A stretch of 57,195 nt of DNA from a virus (taxonomy: Duplodnaviria; Caudoviricetes), in IMG/VR virus record IMGVR_UViG_3300042544_000814, positions 1 through 57,195 of that record; one strand, written 5' to 3'. The notes under the pieces are model-generated. The model made no database searches and was not told the origin of the DNA. It saw only the letters and a program-made list of their open reading frames with translations. The number at the start of each line of letters is the position of its first letter. Positions within the stretch are counted from its first letter, which is position 1. The translations under genes and the position numbers were made by a program. Below, piece after piece: positions 50,661 through 57,195 of the stretch.

Positions 50661-51386
50661 TTAGGCAAGCTTATTGCCCTTTTTCCACTCCTCTTTCTGT
50701 CTAGCTTGTTGCTCACGAACCTTCTTTGTTTCTTCTTCCCACCAATTTTTCTTTTCCTCTGAGTATTCTGCATCTGCAAAATCCCAGAAGGATACCATAG
50801 TATACCTAGTACCTTCAGTAATTTCTGATACACCATGTATATTTTCTACGCCACCAGGAAAAACAATTAGTGCATACGGTGTTGGCTTAAACGAGATATC
50901 GTGATCTGGGAAATATAGGTCCCCTCCCTCATAATTACCATTAAGGTATAGAATTGCCACATACTTATTAATTTCAAATGCATTAGGCTCGCCATGGTTG
51001 TCGGAGTTATCGGAGTGAGGGTTTGCAAAACCACCTACATCCCACTTTTGGGCATGTGATGTGTTTGCCTTTACTTCTCTACCAAAAACAGCCTCTACAT
51101 AGGTCTTAAACTGCTCACGCAAGTTATCGAAAAAATCTCCAGGCAAGCTATAGTCTGCGAGCATTGGGTCGTTTGGCTGCAAGCCCATGCCAGAAGAGCC
51201 GTAGAAAGCAATGTCTCCCCACATCTCAGCCTTTGCCTCAAAGTAATTAATCATATTTTTAGCATCTTCTGGAGTCACAAAGTTTGGAATTTCTACAATT
51301 CTATTATCTTTAATTCCTAGAATACTATTCTCTATTGGCTCATCTTTATAATATATAAAGCTATCAATATTTACATTATTATGCAT
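50661..51386 (-). CDS. 2OG-Fe(II) dioxygenase, P4H-like (4 of 6)
   Basis: HSD...YLNGNYEGGDL...IHGV...GTRY. Confidence 0.92.
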   Translation of the reverse strand: MHNNVNIDSFIYYKDEPIENSILGIKDNRIVEIPNFVTPEDAKNMINYFEAKAEMWGDIAFYGSSGMGLQPNDPMLADYSLPGDFFDNLREQFKTYVEAVFGREVKANTSHAQKWDVGGFANPHSDNSDNHGEPNAFEINKYVAILYLNGNYEGGDLYFPDHDISFKPTPYALIVFPGGVENIHGVSEITEGTRYTMVSFWDFADAEYSEEKKNWWEEETKKVREQQARQKEEWKKGNKLA

Positions 51387-52062
51387 TGTCTACCTCCGAG
51401 TTACCGTGGGCAACTATCGTCCAAAAGAATGGGCAAGTGTATCTAATTCCAGATTCTATTGTAGTTATGCCATGAATATAGTTCATGTCTCCTGGGAAGA
51501 AATATGCTGCCCCAGCCTTTGGCTTAAATTGAATATCTTGGTTAGGGAAGTACAGCTCTCCACCCTCGTAATCATCATTTAGATAAATAATAGTTGCGAT
51601 ATCATACCAAGGAAAGTCGTTGGGCTTTCCTGCGTTTTCACCTTCGTGAAGTTCTTTATCTGCGTGTGGCATTTGAAGGTTTCCTGGAAGCCAGCGAACA
51701 AGAGCTGGAGATGTTGGATATGCCGTTACGTTAAAGAAATTGTCAATCTCAACCTTAAGTCTCTTAACGATTGATCTAATGGTCTGTACGGTTTCAGGGC
51801 TCGTCTGATTAATAGTTGGATAAGTCGCTACACGGCCATCCCAATATCCAGAGTCATAGATTACGGTTCCGTCTTCATTGTAGTGGGTTTGGGTAATATC
51901 CCAGCTTTCATTATTACGGATAAAGCCATTGAGTGCCTGAAGTTCTTCTTCAGTTAAGAAGTTCTCAAGTGTGCCGATCATTTCTGGACCATCTCCAAAA
52001 AATCCTGATGGCGTAATTGATACGGGGTTTTGATTATGATTATTAGTATATTGATTTTCCAT
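51379..52062 (-). CDS. 2OG-Fe(II) dioxygenase, P4H-like (3 of 6)
   Basis: HAD...YLNDDYEGGEL...IHGI...GIRY. Confidence 0.92.
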   Translation of the reverse strand: MENQYTNNHNQNPVSITPSGFFGDGPEMIGTLENFLTEEELQALNGFIRNNESWDITQTHYNEDGTVIYDSGYWDGRVATYPTINQTSPETVQTIRSIVKRLKVEIDNFFNVTAYPTSPALVRWLPGNLQMPHADKELHEGENAGKPNDFPWYDIATIIYLNDDYEGGELYFPNQDIQFKPKAGAAYFFPGDMNYIHGITTIESGIRYTCPFFWTIVAHGNSEVDNA

Positions 52063-52068
52063 AAACCA

Positions 52069-52077
52069 ATTATATCA
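52069..52077 (-). promoter_or_regulatory. Extended -10 promoter TGATATAAT (leaderless start)
   Basis: 6 nt before ATG at 52062. Confidence 0.65.
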
Positions 52078-52079
52078 CG

Positions 52080-52808
52080 TCAATCGTACTTTCGTCTTTC
52101 CCAAACATCACGCTGATAAATCCCTCCGCTTGGCTTTCTATACTTAAAGCTATTTGCCATATTCTTTGTGTATAACTCTGCAGGGTTTTCTATTACTATC
52201 TCAGTTTTCCAGTCCTCACGCTTGAAAGGAATTATTTGGGCATACGGAGTTCCTGCTGGTATTACACCAGTAAACCCCTTTGCTATAAAAAATGGCATTG
52301 TTCCTGGAAGACTTACCTTATCGTTATCAATTATTCCGCTAGTTGTCAGGAATGGCAGATCAAACCTGTTAAATGGTTGGGAGTATATTGCACTATATCC
52401 AGATGGTAGCTCTACTGCCCAATCTGCCCACCAAGCAAAGTGATGCTCATAATATCCCCATGGAACCTCAAACTGTGGCATGGGATCTCTAACATTAACA
52501 AAATCTTTATACTGATCATCTAGAATTTTTACTGATATTACTCCAGCATCATTCACGTAGAATTCAATATCACAAGGTGTCCTATAGACATATCCAGTTG
52601 TCATAATATCATAAAGTGCTGGGCAAGCTTTCCATGTAACTACCCTGCCACCATCGGGGGCAGTCCATGGCTCACCGTCAGGTCTCATGGCATATCTGTC
52701 AGCATCTTTATACCAAACTGGAATAGCCCTAGCTGTTGGGGTTGGCTTTGATATGCTGTCTTCGTTTAGCCAAGACCTATTTGAAATAAATTTAATAGAC
52801 TTAGCCAT
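52080..52808 (-). CDS. Hypothetical protein, DUF6065-related
   Basis: TWKACPALYDIMTTGY...LPSGYS...PFNRFDLPF..SGIIDND...IPAGTPYAQIIPF...Y; layout parallels the adjacent gene. Confidence 0.65.
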   Translation of the reverse strand: MAKSIKFISNRSWLNEDSISKPTPTARAIPVWYKDADRYAMRPDGEPWTAPDGGRVVTWKACPALYDIMTTGYVYRTPCDIEFYVNDAGVISVKILDDQYKDFVNVRDPMPQFEVPWGYYEHHFAWWADWAVELPSGYSAIYSQPFNRFDLPFLTTSGIIDNDKVSLPGTMPFFIAKGFTGVIPAGTPYAQIIPFKREDWKTEIVIENPAELYTKNMANSFKYRKPSGGIYQRDVWERRKYD

Positions 52809-53511
52809 TTGTAACTTTCATTACGATCTTCTTGACCTCGTGCTCACCAACAGATTCCCCAGTATGATCAACAGCATCACGATAGTAGTGTGTCCAGTGT
52901 CCTGCGGAATTCTTTTCCTGAGATGCTTCTGCTCTATTCTGCATTCTTTCTGACCACTCAGCAGTTTCCCACAATTCTGGTGTACCGCTTACAACATTAA
53001 GGCTATAAGCCTGTACGTCTTTTAATGATATTGGCAAAATTGCTGCAATTGGAGTATTTGCTGGAATGGTAATTACTTCATTTGCCTTGTTAACTATCCA
53101 GGCAAGCGGAAAATCATTTTCTAATACTGATGTGCTTAATAAAGTAGTAAAGCACTGTGTCCCCTCTATAAATTGATTTGGAACTGGCATTGTTAGCAAC
53201 GATACATTTTTTTTAGAAGAAAAATATATTCCAGTATTAAAGCTTATGGTTCTATTTCCTCTATGAGGATGAACGTACCTCTCTCCAGAAAGGATGGATA
53301 TATGGCTAGAAGTTGAGTCATTTATTCCGTCCCAAATAAATGATATATCTTCTGGAAACGAAAGATACCAACCTAAACGGTTTGCTAAAGAAACTGGAAA
53401 GCACTGATATGCGTGTCTATCAAAGGTTGCATCCATCCAATCTCTTTTCAGTGGAAGCTGATCTATGTTTGCAGAATGGCTACCAAGTTTGTAGACTGTT
53501 ATGTCTTTCAC
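52801..53511 (-). CDS. DUF6065-family protein
   Basis: RDWMDATFDRHAYQCFPVSLANRLGW, recognised as the DUF6065 N-terminal signature. Confidence 0.75.
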   Translation of the reverse strand: MKDITVYKLGSHSANIDQLPLKRDWMDATFDRHAYQCFPVSLANRLGWYLSFPEDISFIWDGINDSTSSHISILSGERYVHPHRGNRTISFNTGIYFSSKKNVSLLTMPVPNQFIEGTQCFTTLLSTSVLENDFPLAWIVNKANEVITIPANTPIAAILPISLKDVQAYSLNVVSGTPELWETAEWSERMQNRAEASQEKNSAGHWTHYYRDAVDHTGESVGEHEVKKIVMKVTNG

Positions 53512-54215
53512 TAATTACCTGTCTCTGTGTAAAATTCTGGCTTATGGAACTTCTCTGAGTAATCAAGCATTGTAACTATTGAGAATTTTGTTCCAGAGTG
53601 TACGGGCATAGCACGGTGTGGGTACATAAAGTTAGATGGGAAAAGGTATAGGTCTCCCGCCTTAGCCTTGATGTTTAAATTTTGAAGCCTAAAGAAAAGC
53701 TCTCCACCTTCGTAGTCATCATTTGGATATGACACTGCAGAAAGAACACAGTTATAAGAATATCCGTTATCGTGATGTTCTTGGAAGTGTTGACCTGGAC
53801 CATACTTGATAAAGTTCATAGCTTCCCAATATCTAAGCTCTCCAATATTATGCATCTTGCAGTAATGCTTTACAGCCTGAAGCTGTCTAAAGTAGACCTC
53901 ATCCCAAAGCTTACGTAGCTTATCTGCTGCCTCGCCCTGGTGCTCAGCAATATCTGTTTTCTTATATTTAAAATCTTTGCAGTCACGGTATTCTGGAATT
54001 TTCATGCCGTAGCCAACCATGGCCTCCTGATATTCATAATGATTGTTTGGGTCGTCTAAGACCTCTTCTAGTCGATTAATTATATCCATATCTTTTGGAA
54101 GTACGTCACGGTAAACAAGAATACCACTACCAAGATCTTCAACAGAAGACCACGTAATTTCATCTATTTTATAAAAATCTTGAATTCTTTTATTTAAATC
54201 TTCTTGATCAGACAC
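53511..54215 (-). CDS. 2OG-Fe(II) dioxygenase, P4H-like (2 of 6)
   Basis: KYGPGQHFQEHHD...YPNDDYEGGEL...FPSNFMYPH...GTKF. Confidence 0.92.
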   Translation of the reverse strand: MSDQEDLNKRIQDFYKIDEITWSSVEDLGSGILVYRDVLPKDMDIINRLEEVLDDPNNHYEYQEAMVGYGMKIPEYRDCKDFKYKKTDIAEHQGEAADKLRKLWDEVYFRQLQAVKHYCKMHNIGELRYWEAMNFIKYGPGQHFQEHHDNGYSYNCVLSAVSYPNDDYEGGELFFRLQNLNIKAKAGDLYLFPSNFMYPHRAMPVHSGTKFSIVTMLDYSEKFHKPEFYTETGN

Positions 54216-54224
54216 TATGTCTCC

Positions 54225-54959
54225 TTAGTAAGTTAGTCTATTCATATCTTCTTGACGATAGTTGAAGTTTCTTAATCCTCCACGATCATTATAATCAGTC
54301 ATAATTACGATTGAATACTTTGTTCCAGAAATCATGTCGTTTGATGCATGCTCATAAATATACGTAGATGGGAAGACAACCACATCACCCTTCTTTGGCT
54401 TTAGGGTCAGATTAAATCTAGGAAAGTATAGCTCTCCTCCCTCATATCCTTCATTTGGAAATGCAACTACAGAGATTGTTGTAACATATGCTGGACCATG
54501 ATCAGCATGGATCTTAAAGTGAGTTCCTGCCCCGTCGTACTTAACAAAGTTAAATGCCTCAAAGAAGTTTACTCCAACACCCCAGTACCTGCCGTAATCA
54601 TCTACGTTTGGACTGATAGACCTAAAAGCCATCTCATGCATTTCGTATAGCTTAGAGTTGTGTTCGTCTTTTGGGCCAAGGTTGCTAGTGCTAACCTTAA
54701 AGTCTAGGCACTTCCTAGCCTCTTCTAGTACATCATCAGCCTCTGTTACCCTAGCACCCTGCCAGGAATACCTTGTCTGACCATTAAGGTTTCCTTCAAG
54801 CGTGTCAATAATATAATCGCAGAGGTCACCGCTCATAGCATTATTATAAACATTAATGCCAAGTGCTGGATTACTTACTAAGACTCCTGCAGGAGTTACT
54901 CTAGATGGCATTCTATTTGAGTCTGTTTCTGATCTATCTTTTGTTAGCCAAGTATTCAT
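54225..54959 (-). CDS. 2OG-Fe(II) dioxygenase, P4H-like (1 of 6)
   Basis: HFKIHAD...FPNEGYEGGEL...FPSTYIYEH...GTKY. Confidence 0.92.
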   Translation of the reverse strand: MNTWLTKDRSETDSNRMPSRVTPAGVLVSNPALGINVYNNAMSGDLCDYIIDTLEGNLNGQTRYSWQGARVTEADDVLEEARKCLDFKVSTSNLGPKDEHNSKLYEMHEMAFRSISPNVDDYGRYWGVGVNFFEAFNFVKYDGAGTHFKIHADHGPAYVTTISVVAFPNEGYEGGELYFPRFNLTLKPKKGDVVVFPSTYIYEHASNDMISGTKYSIVIMTDYNDRGGLRNFNYRQEDMNRLTY

Positions 54960-54966
54960 ATCCTCA

Positions 54967-54975
54967 ATTATAGCA
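54967..54975 (-). promoter_or_regulatory. Extended -10 promoter TGCTATAAT (probable leaderless start)
   Basis: 7 nt before ATG at 54959. Confidence 0.65.
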
Positions 54976-54977
54976 TA

Positions 54978-55005
54978 AGAGCCTAGGATGTTTCACCTAG
55001 GCTCT
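54978..55005 (-). terminator. Terminator-like hairpin after the Fn3/PPFF gene
   Basis: 10-bp perfect stem AGAGCCTAGG / CCTAGGCTCT; weak U-tract. Confidence 0.65.
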
Positions 55006-55019
55006 CTGCTTTATTTAGG

Positions 55020-55778
55020 CTAGAACGGTCCACCAACGCCACCAAGGAAGTATGGTGGGAAGTAAGGTGGGAAGTATGGTCCAAACGCTGGGAAGAATGG
55101 GAAGAACGGTGGGAAGTACGGGAAGCTTGGTGGGAAAAACGGTGGGAAGAATGGTGGGAAGAACGGAGAAATAGTTGTTACGCTATTAGAATTAGCAGAG
55201 TATTCACCAACGCCATTTGAATTTTCAGCACGGATCTGGTATGTCTGAGCTGTGCCACCTTCCTGGGTAATGTTAGTTGTGCTAGCAGGAGCATTTACTG
55301 TACCAGTCTTGCTGTCAGATGATGTCCAGCGATATAGCGTAATTGCCTTACCACCAGTTGCTGGAGCAGTCCAGTCAAGCTTGTCTTGATTAGTCTGAGC
55401 AGTAGCTGTTGGAGCTGACATGGTTGCAGGAACTGTTGTAGCTGTAACAGTAGTGGTAGACGATGCTGGAGATGTTCCAGCTGAATTTGTAGCAGTTACG
55501 CTAATTGTGTAAGTAACATTAGAAGCAAGGCTTTCTACAACAATAGGAGACGACGATCCCGTTGCAGTTCTAGTTGTCTGACCAGCTGCTGTAGCTGTAA
55601 CGGTAAAGGATGTGGCTGCTGGTGATAGTGCTGGGAGTTCAAAAGCTACGCTAGCTGCTCCGTTATTAAATGCTCTATTTGTACCTACGTCAGTAGCAAC
55701 TACGTTAATAGGTGCTAGAGGCTCTAGAAAGTCATTTGATGCTTGAGACTTTCTACCTGTTCTTTTTCCAGCTGCCAT
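55020..55778 (-). CDS. Two-Fn3-domain virion protein with C-terminal Pro/Phe/Tyr repeat tail
   Basis: Fn3 motifs L..NVTYTISVTATNSAG.SP.S and W..P..GG..I..Y...YQIRAENSNG.G.YS; tail PFFPPFFPPFFPPSF...; RBS AAGGA. Confidence 0.85.
   Translation of the reverse strand: MAAGKRTGRKSQASNDFLEPLAPINVVATDVGTNRAFNNGAASVAFELPALSPAATSFTVTATAAGQTTRTATGSSSPIVVESLASNVTYTISVTATNSAGTSPASSTTTVTATTVPATMSAPTATAQTNQDKLDWTAPATGGKAITLYRWTSSDSKTGTVNAPASTTNITQEGGTAQTYQIRAENSNGVGEYSANSNSVTTISPFFPPFFPPFFPPSFPYFPPFFPFFPAFGPYFPPYFPPYFLGGVGGPF
55047..55166 (-). repeat. Coding (PPFF/PPYF)n repeat, period about 12 nt
   Basis: 40 codons encoding 17 Pro, 16 Phe, 4 Tyr and one each of Ser, Ala, Gly. Confidence 0.95.
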
Positions 55779-55797
55779 GTTATGTGCCTTCCTTTAA

Positions 55798-57195
55798 TTA
55801 TGCCGTTAGGTCGCCGTAGACCAACCAAGTGTTTTCTGCTCGCTTTAGAAGTGTTGCAGAAGACCACTGGGTCCTTAGCTTAAGTCCTGGAGTTGCATTG
55901 ACTGTAACTCCACCTGCACCTGCAATTGTAACCTGACCAGTTCCAGTCTGAATAATATCAATAGTTGTTCCTACTGGGTAGGCTACTGAAGAATTTGTTG
56001 GAATAGTCAAGGTGGTTGCAGAAGACTTGCTAATCTCAACAATTGTATCACGTTCATTTAGATTAGAAAGTGTGTATGAGTCTGTCTTTTCAGCTATAGT
56101 AGTAATCGATGGAACACCCTGCTTTGTTTGAGTGCCGTCTGAGAATACGACACCAGTTGCCTCTAGGTTTCCAACAACAAGTGTTTCTCTTGTGGCGTTT
56201 GTGACATCTACTACGTTTGAAACTGGGTGTGGGACATTAGAAATAAGCTTCCACTTCTTTCCATCGCTTACGTCACGGAAGAATCCAGAGTGAAGGTGGC
56301 TTCCCTCAGTTCCTCCAACTACTCCAGTTGCTGCCAAGAAACCTACGTCTAGAACATCTTCATCGTATTGTCCAGATGCTAGGTAAATTAGTGGGTCTGA
56401 CACAGATAGATCTGTTACATCTATGGTAGTAGTTGTTCCAGAGACCGTAAGGTTTCCTTCGACTATTAAGTTTGTCTCTACAGTTACATCACCAGTAAAT
56501 GTTGCACCAGCAAGCGATGCCTTTGCATCCAGTGCAGTCTGAGTTGCTGCAGAAACTGGCTTGTTAGCGTCAGAGGTATTGTCAACGTTACCAAGACCTA
56601 CGTGTGACTTAGTTACACCAGCAACGGTACCTGTAAAGGTAGGGTCAGCCGTAGGTGCCTTAGCATCTAGCTGAGTCTGAATAGCAGAAGTGACACCATT
56701 TACATATCCAAGCTCAGTAGACGAGACATCTCCGACAGAGGTAGTGCTTGGAAGAACTACGGTTCCTGTAAAGGTTGGTCCACTTAGTGGTGCATATGTA
56801 GATGATGCAGTAGCAGATGCAAGCTTGGCATCTAGCTGACCTTGAATTCCAGAAGTTACGCCATTCACATATCCAAGTTCTGTAGAAGAAACATCACCAA
56901 TTGATGTACTTGTTGGCAATACTACGGTTCCAGTAAAAGTAGGATTAGAGGTTGGAGCCTTGTCATCTAGCTCGCTTTGAATGCTTACGTCAGCTGCAGC
57001 TAGGTCATCTAGTTGCCCCTGGATAGATGCTGTAGCACCAGACAGGTACTCGGCTTCTGTTACCGTAAGGCTTCCAATTCTAGCTGTAATGCCTGATGAA
57101 ATAGAAGAGTTCATTTCCGAGGCATTGACTAGATAGGATGTGCTGCTCCATGCGTCAGTGCCATTTCCAATCTTAAACTTTCCTGTGGTTGTGTC
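55798..57195 (-). CDS. Tail fibre-like protein (5' end beyond the window)
   Basis: Frame is open upstream of the track's ATG: DTTTGKFKIGNGTDAWSS (Mtd_N/hyaluronidase-like fibre N-terminal motif). Also VGLGNVDNTSDANKPVS..TQTALD and PTFTG shaft repeats. Confidence 0.85.
   Translation of the reverse strand, partial: DTTTGKFKIGNGTDAWSSTSYLVNASEMNSSISSGITARIGSLTVTEAEYLSGATASIQGQLDDLAAADVSIQSELDDKAPTSNPTFTGTVVLPTSTSIGDVSSTELGYVNGVTSGIQGQLDAKLASATASSTYAPLSGPTFTGTVVLPSTTSVGDVSSTELGYVNGVTSAIQTQLDAKAPTADPTFTGTVAGVTKSHVGLGNVDNTSDANKPVSAATQTALDAKASLAGATFTGDVTVETNLIVEGNLTVSGTTTTIDVTDLSVSDPLIYLASGQYDEDVLDVGFLAATGVVGGTEGSHLHSGFFRDVSDGKKWKLISNVPHPVSNVVDVTNATRETLVVGNLEATGVVFSDGTQTKQGVPSITTIAEKTDSYTLSNLNERDTIVEISKSSATTLTIPTNSSVAYPVGTTIDIIQTGTGQVTIAGAGGVTVNATPGLKLRTQWSSATLLKRAENTWLVYGDLTA
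56640..56965 (-). repeat. Internal 55-aa (165-nt) tandem repeat in the fibre shaft
   Basis: PTFTGTVVLPxxTSxGDVSSTELGYVNGVTSxIQxQLDAK occurs twice; ACATATCCAAG at 56702 and 56867. Confidence 0.9.

Noticed and set aside
49416-54959. Oxygenases as TET/JBP or AlkB DNA-modifying enzymes
   Set aside because: Motifs are P4H-like, the context is structural genes, and no methylase or nucleotide-modification genes are adjacent. Disfavoured rather than formally excluded.
55047-55166. GGTGGGAAG repeats as a CRISPR array, DGR or G-quadruplex element
   Set aside because: No unique spacers and no reverse transcriptase; the periodicity is fully explained by Pro/Phe/Tyr codons.

Overview
A 57 kb segment of a tailed dsDNA phage (siphovirus-type HK97-fold head, long non-contractile tail), with essentially all genes on the minus strand. 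The host is most likely an actinobacterium, based on class Ib nrdIEF, a DnaE polymerase, and extended -10 promoters with leaderless starts. In transcription order (right to left): a partial tail-fibre gene; a two-Fn3 protein ending in a (PPFF/PPYF)n tail; a cluster of six prolyl-4-hydroxylase-like 2OG-Fe(II) dioxygenases with two DUF6065-like genes; a large lectin-like virion protein; portal, protease/scaffold and major capsid; neck and tail genes; two paralogous tail chaperones; a 3108-aa tape measure protein with inserted enzyme-like domains; minor tail genes; a replication/recombination module (DnaB, primase, SSB, DnaE, RecA, nucleases, RuvC); terminase; a secreted surface-like protein; and nrdI-nrdE-nrdF. 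The best candidate for an undescribed system is the oxygenase battery sitting beside a Pro/aromatic repeat protein, which looks like a phage-encoded post-translational modification locus with its substrate. The second is the tape measure protein built as a motif-delimited polyprotein that may carry injected effectors. All family assignments come from recognising motifs by eye; no searches were run.
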